DNA of 64,000 nt from Octopus vulgaris (taxonomy: Eukaryota). Shown piece after piece: positions 38,800-51,934 of the stretch. Under the pieces are notes generated by a model. It was not told the DNA's origin. It ran no database searches and saw only the letters and a list, made by a program, of their open reading frames with translations. The stretch is from assembly GCA_951406725.2 (NCBI GenBank), contig OX597829.1, positions 37,324,001 through 37,388,000 on the forward strand, given 5' to 3'. Numbering within the stretch: the stretch's first letter is position 1; each line of letters starts with the position of its first letter. The position numbers and the translations under genes are program-made.

Positions 38800-41480
38800 T
38801 TTGTGGATCTCTATTTAAGCTTGGTCAAAGACTGCATATAAACCTGACCCTAAGTCTAACTTTGGAGAAAATGGAAATCAAAGAAGAAAAAAAATGCTAA
38901 GTAAAATATTCCAACAAGCAAGAAGTAATGGTGCCCTCACCCTCTATCTTTGCTGACAATAGTGCCATTCTGGTGTAGTAGTTTTTCTGTGTCTGTGCAT
39001 CCATTAAAAGAGGCAAAATGTAGAAGTCTGCAATCATCTCTATCCTCTGAGCAGGCAGAATGTTGTGGATCTCCATTTCAGCTTGGTCAAGGACTGCATA
39101 TAAACCTGACTTTTACTCTACCTTTGGAGGAATAGGAGTGAGAAAATAGAAAGGAAAGAAAGAAAAAATGCAAATTAAAATATTCCAAGAAGTAATGGTG
39201 CCTTCACCATCTGTCTTTGCTAACATCAGTGTCATTCTGCTGTAGTAGTTTTACAACGTTTCTGTGTCCATTTTAACAGGCAAAATGTAGAAGTCTGCAA
39301 TCATCTCTGTCCTGTGTTAAGGCAGAATGTTGTGGATCTCCATTTCAGCTTGGTCAAGGACTGCATATAAACCTGACATTTACTCTTTGGAGAAACAGGA
39401 GTGAGAAAATAGAAAGGAAAGAAAGAAAAAATGCAAATTAAAATATTCCAAGAAGCAAGGGTGCCTTCACCATCTTTCTTTGCTGACATCAGTACCATTC
39501 TGGTATAGTAGTTTTACAGTGTCTGTGTATCCATTAAAAGAGGCAAAATGTAGAAGTCTGTAATCATCTCTGTCCTGTGAGCAGGCAGAATTTTGTGGAT
39601 CTCCATTTCAGCTTGGTCAAGGACTGCATATAAACCTGACTTTTACTCTACCTTTGGATGAATAGTAGGGAGAAATGGAAAGAAAAGAAACAAAAAATGC
39701 AAAGTAAAATATTCCAATAAGCAAGAAGTAATGGTGCCCTCACCATCCTTCTTTGCTGACATCCGTGCCATTCTGGTGTAGTAGTTTTACTGTGTCTGTG
39801 CATCCATTAAAAGAGGCAGAATGTAGAAGTCTGCAATCATCTCTGTCCTGTGAGCAGGCAGAATTTTGTGGATCTCCATTTCAGCTTGGTCAAGGACTGC
39901 ATATAAACCTGACTTTTACTCTAACTTTGGAGGAATAGGAGGGAGAAAATAGAAAGGAAAGAAAGAAAAAATGCAAAATAAAATATTCCAACAAGCAAGA
40001 AGTAATGGTGCCCTCATCATCTTTCTTTGCTGACATCCGTGCCATTTTGCTGTAGGAGTTTTACAGTGTCTTTGTGTCCCTTGCAACAGGCTTAATGTAG
40101 AAGTCTCCAATCATCTCTATCCTCTGAGCAGGCAGAATGTTGTGGATCTCCATTTCAGCTTGGTCAAGGACTGCATATAAACCTGACTTTTACTCTACCT
40201 TTGGAGGAATAGGAGTGAGAAAATAGAAAGGAAAGAAAGAAAAAATGCAAATTAAAATATTCCAAGAAGTAATGGTGCCTTCACCATCTGTCTTTGCTAA
40301 CATCAGTGTCATTCTGCTGTAGTAGTTTTACAACGTTTCTGTGTCCATTTTGACAGGCAAAATGTAGAAGTCTGCAATCATCTCTGTCCTGTGTTAAGGC
40401 AGAATGTTGTGGATCTCCATTTCAGCTTGGTCAAGGACTGCATATAAACCTGACATTTACTCTTTGGAGAAACAGGAGTGAGAAAATAGAAAGGAAAGAA
40501 AGAAAAAATGCAAATTAAAATATTCCAAGAAGCAAGGGTGCCTTCACCATCTTTCTTTGCTGACATCAGTACCATTCTGGTATAGTAGTTTTACAGTGTC
40601 TGTGTATCCATTAAAAGAGGCAAAATGTAGAAGTCTGTAATCGTCTCTGTCCTGTGAGCAGGCAGAATTTTGTGGATCTCCATTTCAGCTTGGTCAAGGA
40701 CTGCATATAAACCTGACTTTTACTCTACCTTTGGATGAATAGTAGGGAGAAATGGAAAGAAAAGAAACAAAAAATGCAAAGTAAAATATTCCAATAAGCA
40801 AGAAGTAATGGTGCCCTCACCATCCTTCTTTGCTGACATCCGTGCCATTCTGGTGTAGTAGTTTTACTGTGTCTGTGCATCCATTAAAAGAGGCAGAATG
40901 TAGAAGTCTGCAATCATCTCTGTCCTGTGAGCAGGCAGAATTTTGTGGATCTCCATTTCAGCTTGGTCAAGGACTGCATATAAACCTGACTTTTACTCTA
41001 ACTTTGGAGGAATAGGAGGGAGAAAATAGAAAGGAAAGAAAGAAAAAATGCAAAATAAAATATTCCAACAAGCAAGAAGTAATGGTGCCCTCATCATCTT
41101 TCTTTGCTGACATCCGTGCCATTTTGCTGTAGGAGTTTTACAGTGTCTTTGTGTCCCTTGCAACAGGCTTAATGTAGAAGTCTCCAATCATCTCTATCCT
41201 CTGAGCAGGCAGAATGTTGTGGATCTCCATTTCAGCTTGGTCAAGGACTGCATATAAACCTGACTTTTACTCTACCTTTGGAGGAATAGGAGTGAGAAAA
41301 TAGAAAGGAAAGAAAGAAAAAATGCAAATTAAAATATTCCAAGAAAGAATGGTGCCTTCACCATCTGTCTTTGCTAACATCAGTGTCATTCTGCTGTAGT
41401 AGTTTTACAACGTTTCTGTGTCCATTTTAACAGGCAAAATGTAGAAATCTGCAACCATCTTTGTCCTGTGAGCAGGCAGA
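38800..41480 (-). repeat. Uninterrupted tandem array of ten ~270 bp ankyrin-derived units with a 1077 bp (4-mer) higher-order repeat
   Basis: Marker caatcatctctatcctctgagcagg at 39031, 40108 and 41185; identical ORF pairs 39301/40378, 39753/40830 and 39916/40993. Confidence 0.92.
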
Positions 41481-41856
41481 ATCATTATTCCATTGGACAA
41501 AATGCTTAGTGGTACTTCTTCCAAGTTCTTACATTCGGCGTTCAAATCCCCCTCAAGTCACTACTAAAGAGAGAAAGAAGGCAGTAACCTGACAGACTTG
41601 TTAGCACACTGGGAAAAATGCTTAGCGGCATTTTGTCCATCTTTACATTCTAAGTTCAAGTTCCTCTGAGGTAGACTTTTACCTTTTTAAAAAAAGCGAT
41701 GTTAGTTTTAGGCTTTTTATTCATGAAATAATTTGGAACAGCCACTTTGTTGCTGTAGGGCGTTCTTTACCTCAGACAGATCACTGCCATTTTATTCATA
41801 CACCTGCAGCTCTTATTGGCTGAAATCATCCACAGTACAACTGAATTGTACCACAG

Positions 41857-42631
41857 CATCATCATCATCATTTTTAACATCCGTTTTCCATGCTAGCATG
41901 GGTTGGATGGTTCGACCGGGGTCTGGGAAGCCAAGAGGCTGCACCAAGCTCCAGTCTGATCTGGCAGTGTTTCTACAGCTGGATGCCCTTCCTAACATCA
42001 ACCACTCCATGAGTGTAGTGGGTGCTTTTTACATGCCACTGGCATAGGTGCCAGGGGAAGCTGGCAATGATCGGCTGGTGGTTTTATGTGCCACTGGCAC
42101 GGAAGCCAGTCAAGGTGGCTCTGGCATTGGCTACGTACAGATGGTGCTTTTTTAGGCACAACAGTAGACTGGCAACAGCCACGATTGGTCTGTGCTTTTT
42201 ACGTGCCACCGGCACAGAAGGCAGTGGAGGTGGCGCTGGCATCAGCCACATACGGATGGTGCATTTGACGAGCCACCGGCCCAGGTATCACAAGTATAAT
42301 TTCCATTTGATTTTTTGATGTTGATGGCAATGTATTTGACTCAATAGGTCTCCTCAAGAACACCAGGTCGCCCTATGATCCAATGTAAGTACCGCAGGCC
42401 GTCCTGTAATCCAAGGCACTTAGGAAGAGCTGGGGGCTTCTATGTGAAGCTGGTGCAGGAAACAGCCATGAACTCACATTATTTCTCAGGTCTTCGCAGT
42501 CACAGCATATATCTAGAGGTCTCAGTCTTTCGTCATTGCCTCTGTGAAACCCAATATTTGAAGGTCATGCTTGACCACCTCATCCCATGTCTTCCTGGGT
42601 CTACATCTACCCCGGATTCCTTCAACTGTTT
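41857..42631 (-). mobile_element. 5'-truncated RTE LINE (copy 3)
   Basis: Same ends and flanks as 21839-22608. Confidence 0.85.
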
Positions 42632-43474
42632 GAGGCCAAAAAATAAATTCTTCTCGTCTTACTATAGGTTTTTATTCCCTTTCTTAGAGAAGTTCATTTG
42701 ACCTCAAAATTCATCTGGATCTGTTTTTCTAGATTATTAGCAAATACTACACCAGAGTCTTTTTTCCTTGCTCAAATTGAACCATACAAATATATTATTC
42801 TGTGTATTGTTTCTATGAATCCATCTTGTTGATTTTGTCCTGGATGTTTTGTATGTGTTATGAGAGGCTTCTGAAATAGGGTTAACATACTGTTGCAGGT
42901 TTTTCTTGCATTTCATCCCCTTCTCTCCTCCTAGCTGGAGTGGATAAATGTTTTTCAGGTTCACTGCTTAGTTTTTGGTCGATGTTGTATGAAATGAGCA
43001 ATCCTCTTTGACTCTGGGAAATGCTTTTATTTTCTGTCTTAGATCTGGATTTTTCATGAGGACAGATGGACTTCCCTATTGCATAAGATTATTAGCAAAT
43101 ACTACACCAGAGAGTCTTTCTTCCTTTTTCAATTCGAGCTTTACATATTCATCATTCCATTTTTGTATAAATGCATATGGTGGATCTTGTGTATGAGGTG
43201 TTTTTGAGTTTACTCTGACGTATGACATGAAGTCTGCATATTGTTGCAGGATTTTCTTGTGTTTCTAAGACTGATCATTTTTTGCTGGTGTGTTTCAGGT
43301 TCACTACTTTGATTTTGGTCAATGTTGTATGAAATGCGCAATCCTCTTTCTGTTGTATGGGTAATGGGAATTGAACTTGTGATACTCTCCTCTCAAGTTG
43401 TATTTATTGCCTATGGATGTCTTCAACCCATAACCTTCACAATTATTACATCAGGGGACACTAAAGAGGTTGAA

Positions 43475-45370
43475 ATTTAGACTTTCAATGAGGTCCCGTG
43501 GAGTCTGCTTCTTATTGTTTTTATAATAAACTTGACTCCTGTATGAGCTAAATTAGCAACTACAGTGCTAAAAGATCTATCTTTCTTGCTCAATTGAGCT
43601 TTACAAATTCATCTTTCAGTGATTCTGTATGTATAAATACCTCTTGTGGATTTAAATACTAATAATTAATGGCTTGATTCACCCGTATGTACTTTGAAAA
43701 ATTATCATTGTAATACAGCATAATACAATATCACAAAACATTAAAATATACATTCTGTCTAAATCTAACCTTTTTCTTTTCTGTTATTATGTAATGTAAG
43801 ATGATTCACAGGACTTCTTCCCAAAACTTCACTAAGACTGCATTCTGTGATAGAGGCACGCTTGACATGCATAGGAACTTTGCATTTCCTGCACATGTAT
43901 AGTTTGACTCTTGCATTGCCGACATCTTCAATGGTTTTCTGGTTCACTCTTTGATGTATCATGATCTATGTTGTCTTATCTTTCCTCATTGATACTTGCT
44001 CTAGATGCAACAAGCAGTTTTGTTTTCTGGCATTTATGGGTGGTGAGGCTCAGTGAGATTACTTTCTTATTTTTATGATAAATTCCGCTCCCTGGTTGGC
44101 TAGATATTTAGCAATTACCATGTTAAAAAATCTGTCATCTTTGCTCAATTTGAGCTTTATAGATTCATGTTTCAATATTTTTGTTTGTGCAGAGCCATTG
44201 TGGGGATGTCAGTTTGGTTCTCAGCCCACTTTGAAGTGGCTGATTCTCTAATAAGCCCCCTAAATGGAAGCAGATTGCCATCGCCTGTGAAGACTTGTAG
44301 TGATGCGAAAGAAGTCTTTATTTCTTTTGTTAAATCTGGATCATATCTCCTTGAAACTTATATTTCCAGAGAAATCTGCTTCTTCTTTTTTGGGAGAAAA
44401 TTGGCTCCTTGATCTAATAGGTAACTAGCAACTACTATACTAGAAAGCCTATCTTGCTCATTTTGATCTTTACAAATTCCCAATTGAATATTTTTGTTTG
44501 TGCAAGTTCATTTTGTGGATCTTAGATTGAGCTTCACCAAGAACCTACACATACAGCTGATATTCACTCCATCTATGAAGTTACTGTTTTGTTTGCTTTA
44601 CGTTGTTCCATAGAGTATTAATCATTCTATGTAGGCATTGACTTTAATGCAGTCTCAATTATACAGTCATTAATTGATCACTAAAAAGATTGGAAGACAT
44701 TGGTGTTTTAATGAAAATTGAAACATGTATTTATCTGCAACTAATCAAGACTCTGGAAAATACTTTTATTTCCTTTCTTAGATCCGGATTCTTTATGAGG
44801 AGAAATGCACTCTCCTATCGTGTTACATTATTAGCAAATATTGCACCAGAGAATTTCTTTTTTTTGCACAATATGAGCTTTACAAATTCATCATTCCATC
44901 TGTTCTTTAAATCGATCTTGTGGAGGATGTTTCTCCAAGTATTCTCCGGCATCCAACATGGAGTTGGCATTTTTTCTTTTAAACTTGGAATGTTAATTAG
45001 GTCTGGTGAAGTCATCTTCTTGGATCTAATTTACAATCTTGAACTACCTCATAGAGAGCCCATTTATCTTGCTCATTTTGATCTTTAGAAATTCATTGTT
45101 CAATGTTTTTCTTTGTGTAAATCCATTTTGTGGATCTCCATTGCAGCTTGGTCAAGGACTGCATATAAACTTGACTCTTAGCCTAACTTCGGAGAAAGCG
45201 GAGGGAGAAAATGGAAAGGAAAGACAGAAAAAATGCAAATTAAAATATTCCAACAAGCAAGAAGTAAGGGTGCCCTCACCATCTTTCTTTGCTGACATCA
45301 GTGCCATTCTGCTGTAGTAGTTTTACAGTGTCTATGTGTCCCTTTTAACAGGCAAAATGTAGAAGTCTGC
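43475..45370. repeat. Duplication of ~17495-19800 (with an internal deletion)
   Basis: Shares the piggyBac fragment (ORFs 18218-18415 and 43765-43962), M1 and the variant agcctaacttcggagaaagcggagg. Confidence 0.85.
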
Positions 45371-47662
45371 AAGCTTCTCTGTTCTGTGAGCAGGCAGAAT
45401 GTTGTGGATCTCCATTTCAGTTTGGTGAAGGACTGCATATAAACCTGACTTTTACACTTTGGAGAAAAAGGAGGGAGAAAATGGAAAGGAAAGAAAGAAA
45501 AAATGCAAATTAAAATATACCAATAAGTAAGAAGCAAGGGTGCCCTCACCATCTTTCTTTGCTGACATCCATGCCATTTTGCTGTAGGAGTTTTGCTGTG
45601 TCTGTATTTCCGTTAAAAGAGGCAAGATGTAGAAGTCTGCAATCATCTCTGTCCTGTGAGCTGGCAGAATCAGACCACTGGACAAAATGCTTAGTGGCAC
45701 TTCTTCAAACTTCTTACATCAGTACTATTCTGGTGTAGAAATTCATCCAACTTCTAACATTAGTACCATTCTGGTGTAGTAGTTTTACAATGTCTGTGTA
45801 TCCATTCTAAAAGGCAAAATTTCGAAGTCTGCAAGCGTCTTTGTCCTCTGAGTAGGCAGAATCATTAATTATTCCATTGGACAAAATTTTTAGTGGTACT
45901 TCTTCCGACTTCTTACATTCGGCCTTCAAATCCTTCTCAGGTCACTACGAAAGGGAAAAAGAAGGCAGCAACCTGACAGAATTGTTAGCACACTTGGCAA
46001 AATGCTTAGCGGAATTTTGTCTGTCTTTACATTCAGGATGTTTTGTATGTTTTCGGAGAGGCTTCTCATACAGGGTTGACATACTGTTGCAGGTTTATCT
46101 TGCATTTCATCCACTTCTCTCCTCCTAGCAGGAGTGGATAAATGAAATGAGCAATCCTCTTTGAATCTGGGAAATGCTTTTATGTTCTGTCTTAGATCCA
46201 GATTTTTTATGAGGCAAGACGGACTTCCCTATTGCGTAAGATTATTAGCAAATACTACACCAGAGAGTCTTTCTTCCTTTTTCAATTCCAGCTTTACATA
46301 TTCATCATTCCATTTTTGTATAAATGCATATGGTGGATCTTGTGTGGGATGTTTTTCTAAGTTTACTCTGACGTATTACATGGAGTGTGCATATTGTTGC
46401 AGGATTTTCTAGTGTTTCTTAGACTGATCATTTTTTGCTGGTGTGTTTCAGGTTCACTACTTTGTTTTTGGTCAGTGTTGTATGAAGTACACAGTCCTCA
46501 TTGACTCTGCCAAATGGACTTCCCTATTGTACTAGATTATTAGCAAATGCTACACCAGAGACTTTCTTTCTTGCTCAGTTTGAGCTTTAAAGAATGATTT
46601 AATGTTTTTGTTTGTGCAAATCAATCTTGTGGATCTCAGGTTGGTTCTCAACCCTCTTTGGACTTTTGTTTCTCTAATATGGAAAAATGTTATTATTTTC
46701 TTTGCTAAATCTGGATCTTTCTTAAGACCCAGTGAGATTACATTCTTATTTTTATGGTAAATTCCGCTCCCTGGTTGGCTAGATATTTAGCAATTACCAT
46801 GTTAAAGAATCTGTCATCTTTGCTCAATTTGAGCTTTATAGATTCATGTTTCAATATTTTTGTTTGTGCAGAGCCATTGTGGGGATGTCAGTTTGGTTCT
46901 CAGCCCACTTTGAAGTGGCTGATTCTCTAATAAGCCCCCTAAGCGAAAGCAGATTGCCATCGCCTGTGAAGGCTTGTAGTGATGCGAAATAAGTCTTTAT
47001 TTCTTTTGTTAAATCTGGATCATATCCCTTTGAAACTTATATTTCCAGAGAAATCTGCTTCTTCTTTTTTGGGAGAAAATTGGCTCCTTGATCTAATAGG
47101 TAACTCGCAACTACTATACTAGAAAGCCTATCTTGCTCATTTTTGATCTTTACAAATTCCCAATTGAATATTTTTGTTTGTGCAAGTTCATTTTGTGGAT
47201 CTTAGATTGAGCTTCACCAAGAACCTACACATACAGCTGATATTCACTCCATCTATGAAGTTACTGTTTTGTTTGCTTTACGTTGTTCCATAGAGTATTA
47301 ATCATTCTAAGTAGGCATTGACTTTAATGCAGTCTCAATTTTACATTCATTAATTGATCACTAAAAAGATTGGAAGACATTGGTGTTTTAATGAAAATTG
47401 AAACATGTATTTATCTGCAACTAATCAAGACTCTGGAAAATACTTTTATTTCCTTTCTTAGATCCGGATTCTTCATGAGGAGAAATGCACTCTCCTATCG
47501 TGTTACATTATTAGCAAATATTGCACCAGAGAATTTCTTTTTCTTGCACAATATGAGCTTTACAAATTCATCATTCCATCTGTTCTTTAAATCGATCTTG
47601 TGGAGGATGTTTCTCCAAGTATTCTCCGACATCCAACATGGAATTCACATTTTCTCTTTTAA

Positions 47663-47842
47663 CCCTTTAGCGTTGAGATTACTTTGTCAAATATAATGCA
47701 TTTTCATTCACATTGTTTTGAATTCGCGTTGTTTTGTTTTGACGATGTCAATGTAGGATATGAGTGAGAGGCCAGATCTAGATGGTTTGAACAAAAAATT
47801 AAAAAATTTGGGCCAGATATGGCTGGTTTAAATGCTAAAGGG
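47663..47842. mobile_element. piggyBac-type MITE (family 1)
   Basis: TTAA (47659-62), CCCTTTAGCGTT ... AATGCTAAAGGG, TTAA (47843-46); internal similarity to 16250-16392. Confidence 0.88.
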
Positions 47843-47869
47843 TTAAACCAATTGTCTCATCCATTATGG

Positions 47870-48125
47870 TAAGCTTTGTACTCATTTAGCTTGTTCATCT
47901 GGATGTGCACCCTTCCCTTCTTTGGTTCTTACTGTTGGGGCTAAGCTTTGTAAGGATTTAGCTGGTTCATCTGGATGTGCACCCTCCACTTCTTTGGTTC
48001 TTTCAGTTGTGGATAAGCTTTCTATGGATTTAGCTGGTTCATCTCGATGTGCACCCTTCCCTTCTTTGGTTCTTACTGTTGGGGCTAAGCTTTGTGTAGA
48101 TTTAGCTGGTCCATCTGTGCGTAAC
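47870..48125. repeat. 72 bp minisatellite, ~3.6 copies
   Basis: taagcttt at 47870, 47942, 48014 and 48086. Confidence 0.92.
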
Positions 48126-48239
48126 CCGGCTTTGGTCTGATCAGCACAACTGAATTATGTCACATCAACAAAATAGATTATTCCTGTCTCACTACATTAA
48201 CCCCCTGCAGACTGCAAGTCGACATAAACAAGAAAGAGG

Positions 48240-48960
48240 AAGGAGAAAGTGCAAAGTAAAATATTCCAATAAGCAAGAAGTAAGGGTGCCCTCACCATCC
48301 TTCTTTGCTGACATCTGTGCCATTCTGGTGTAGTAGTTTTACTGTGTCTGTGCATCCATTAAAAGAGGCAGAATGTAGAAGCCTGCAATCATCTCTGCCC
48401 TGTGAGCAGGCAGAATTTTGTGGATCTCCATTTCAGCTTGGTCAAGGACTGCATATAAACCTGACTTATACTCTAACTTTGGAGAAATAGGAGGGAGAAA
48501 ATGGAAAGGAAAGAAAGAAAAAATGCAAAATAAAATACTCCAACAAGCAAGAAGTAATGGTGCCCTCACCATCTTTTTGCTGACATCAGCACCATTCTGG
48601 TGTAGTAGTTTTACAGTGTCTGTGTATCCATTAAAAGAGGCAAAATGTAGAAGCCTGCAATCATTTCTGTCCTGTGAGCAGGCAGAATTTTGTGGATCTC
48701 CATTTCAGCTTGGTCAAGGACTGCATATAAACTTGACTTATACTCTAACTTTGGAGAAATAGGAGGGAGAAAATGGAAAGGAAAGAAAGAAAAAATGCAA
48801 AGTAAAATATTCCAACGAGCAAGAAGTAAGGGTGCCCTCGCCATCTTTCTTTACTGACATCAGTGCCATTCTGCTGTAGTAGTTTTACAGTGTCTATGTG
48901 TCCCTTTTTACAGGCAAAATGTAGAAGTCTGCAAGCCTCTCTGTCCTGTGAGCAGGCAGA
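48240..48960 (-). pseudogene. Cluster of ~272 bp frameshifted ankyrin units
   Basis: ORF pair 48339/48611 (offset 272); same split ankyrin motif. Confidence 0.8.
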
Positions 48961-49129
48961 ATCATTATTCCATTGGACAAAATGCTTAGTGGCACTTCTT
49001 CCGACTCCTTACATTCGGAGTTCAAATCCTTCTCAGGTCACTACCAAAGAGAAAAAGAAGGCAGCAACCTGACAGAATTGTTAGCCCACTGGCCAAAATG
49101 CTTAGTGGCATTTTGTCCATCTTTACATT

Positions 49130-49900
49130 TACCAGAGCGCACTTAGCAATTAAATGTTCGGGGCTGCCACAGTTGTAGCATCTAGGCTTTTTGCCTTCTG
49201 CTACAACATATAGGCATTGCCTATTTTCCAAGTGGATCTTATCCGGTAGGCTCTCGATAGAGGCCCCCTCAATCTGTATGGTCACCACTATTGTCTTCCC
49301 ACCCCAAATGTTGCCAAGGTACACAGCGGTTTCCAAAATGTTGATATTTTTTAAATGGTAACAGATTGCCCCTGTTATCTATTTGTTAGGAATCTCGGGA
49401 GGTACATTTTTAATAGTGATTCGACTCACTCTCTGGTTTTTATAGTATGGGACCATGATGATTTCATCATTTCCCAGAGACTCAGTAGAGTGAGCTTTTG
49501 CCACTTCCTGGTTAGGGAAGCGGACCACTACTGTGTTAAACTGGGGACCCCAGTTTATATATTCTTTTTCTTTCATTATGTTTTTTAAGCATTTTTCTAC
49601 ATCTGTTTTTGTAATCTGTTCATTTAGTTTTTTGTTTTTCTTATAATTTTATATATAATTGTCTTATTTTCTATTTCTTGCTTTATGTGTTGAAGTGTAT
49701 GTAGCACTAAATCTTGCCCACGGGTTGTAAAGAGAGCTCTCGTTTCTATGAGCTCTTCATTTGTAAATGTTACAATCTCTTTCTTCTGACGCAGAGTGTC
49801 AGCGAAATTTACTGGTGTTGTTGATTTTTTTTTTGTATTAACGAAGGACCTATTAACAATCACCAAAGATCCCTGGCCTGGCAGTGCTATCGAGAAGCTA
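49130..49900 (-). mobile_element. Tx1/L1-clade LINE ORF1 (gag-like) remnant
   Basis: Broken frames 49624-49866, 49379-49576 and 49130-49336 end in the CCHC knuckle CYNCGSPEHLIAKC, preceded by VVAEGKKPR. Confidence 0.75.
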
Positions 49901-51017
49901 TGTTACTGTTGGGCCTTCTATTCATTAACTAATTTGAAACAGCCACTTTGTTGCTGTAGGCTGTTCTTTACCTAAGACAGATCACTGCCCTTTTATTCAT
50001 ATGCCTGCAGCTGTTATTGGCTAAAAAATCTTCCAAAGCACAACTGAATTGTGCCACAGCAAGAAAATAATTTCTTCTCATCTCACTACAGGTCTTTATT
50101 TCCTTTCTTAGATCCAGATTATTTTTGTGGTCAAAGGAACTTCTCTATTGTGCTAGATTATTAGCAGATACTACACCAGAGAGTCTTTCTTCCTTTCTCA
50201 ATTCAAGCTTTACATATTCATCATTCCATTTTTGTATAAATGCATATGGTGGATCTTGTGTATGATGTTTTTTTGAGTTTACTCTGACGTATTACATGGA
50301 GTCTGCATATTGTTGCAGGATTTTCTTGTGTTTCTAAGACTGATAATTTTTTGCTGGTATGTTTCAGGTTCACTACTTTGATTTTGGTCAATGTTGTATG
50401 AAATGCGCAATCCTCTTTCTGTTGTATGGGTAATGGGAATTGAACTTGTGATACTCTCCTCTCAAGTTGTATTTATTGCCTATGGATGTCTTCAACCCAT
50501 AACCTTCACAATTATTACATCAGGGGACACTAAAGAGGTTGAAATTATTGTGATAGGGATACATTTTACTCTTAAATTTAGACTTTCAATGAGGTCCTGT
50601 GGAGTCTGCTTCTTATTGTTTTTATAATAAACTTGACTTCTGTATGAGCTAAATTAGCAACTACAGTGCTACAAGATCTATCTTTCTTGCTCAATTGAGC
50701 TTTACAAATTTATCATTCAATACTTTTGTTTGTACAAATCCATCTTATGGATCTTTGTGGGCTTACTACAAAAACAGCAACTCTAAAGTTGTACTGAGAA
50801 TCAACTTAATTGCACGAAAATTAACCATTCTCTGTGAATGCTTGTATTGCTGGGAAATATGTTTATATTTCCTTTGTTAAATTTGGACCTTTCATGAGGC
50901 CCAGTGGGGTTACATTCTCTGTTTTTATCGTAAATTTGGCCCCCTGATCTGTTAGATTATTAGCAAATAACAGTCAGTTCACAAAACACTTACAACAACA
51001 GCTTCAACAATTCAGTA

Positions 51018-51087
51018 AGTGGCTGTGGTAAGTAGCTTGCTTACCAACCACATGGTTTTGGGTTCAGTCCCACTGCGTGACTCCTTG
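51018..51087 (+). mobile_element. SINE family A head fragment
   Basis: agtggctgtggtaagtagcttgcttaccaaccacatggttttgggttcagtcccactgcgtg. Confidence 0.75.
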
Positions 51088-51089
51088 AT

Positions 51090-51681
51090 CTTAACGTTGC
51101 AATTAACACCACGAATGCACACAAGAAGTTGTGACATACTAGAGAGATCAGTAGATTTATCCATTGCAAAATAGTACAACAAAAATTTCTTAGCTTTCTC
51201 GCGTATCTGTAACTGTATATTCTCTCCAAGTTCTATTCTCCTCACAATTGAACTTGCTGAAAGGTTGACACAGCCAAACATGCTAGCTTTTTCAGGACAC
51301 AAGTCATTTACTGCTTCCATCATGCACTCTTTTATAAAGTTTCCATCAGTAAATGGTTTTCCTCACTCTGCCAACTTATTCACTACTGATAGATTCATTT
51401 GCAACAAACTTTTTCGTAAAGAAATTCCTTTGAGATTCCAAACTACATTTCATAGATTCAAATTTCTCAGATCGCAACTTCCCAGAATATTTAGAATGTG
51501 TTGAGAGATGTTTTACTTCATAGTGACGACGAATATTCTACACTTTCATAACAGCAACACTTTTATTGCATATCAGGCATCTAGCTTTCTGGTCATTTAT
51601 TTCCCCACAAAAGTACTTTTCTTCCCATTCTTTATTGAAAATGTGACATTCGTCATCAACCTTTCTCTTCTTAGTAGCCAT
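51090..51681 (-). mobile_element. hAT (SPIN/Charlie/GTF2IRD2-like) transposase 5' remnant
   Basis: MATKKRKVDDECHIFNKEWEEKYF...CLIC...NIRRHYE and LCPEK...NLSASSIVRRIE...AMDKSTDLSSMSQLLVCIRGV. Confidence 0.8.
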
Positions 51682-51934
51682 AGCGATGGGTGAAGAAAAA
51701 GCAAAAGCAGTCTTAGGCCTTGGTGTCAGATATTCTCGTTTTAATTGTAATCACTAATAACTGACTCGCCCGAGTCACACGTGATGTACTGTAGTAATTA
51801 TTATGGCGTGTGAAATACATAGCGCGTGAAGTGACTCAGTATACATACGACATGCGTAATCTAAGAAGTGTAAGAAGCAGTATAAAAGCATGTTTACTTT
51901 TTCAGCATACGTCGCTGAATGAATACAATATGGT

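Noticed and set aside
19585-48960. Intact multi-exon ankyrin-repeat gene on the minus strand
   Set aside because: Shared frameshifts and frequent stops within the ankyrin motif; each unit has a pyrimidine tract, but I found no consistent donor site that restores the frame.
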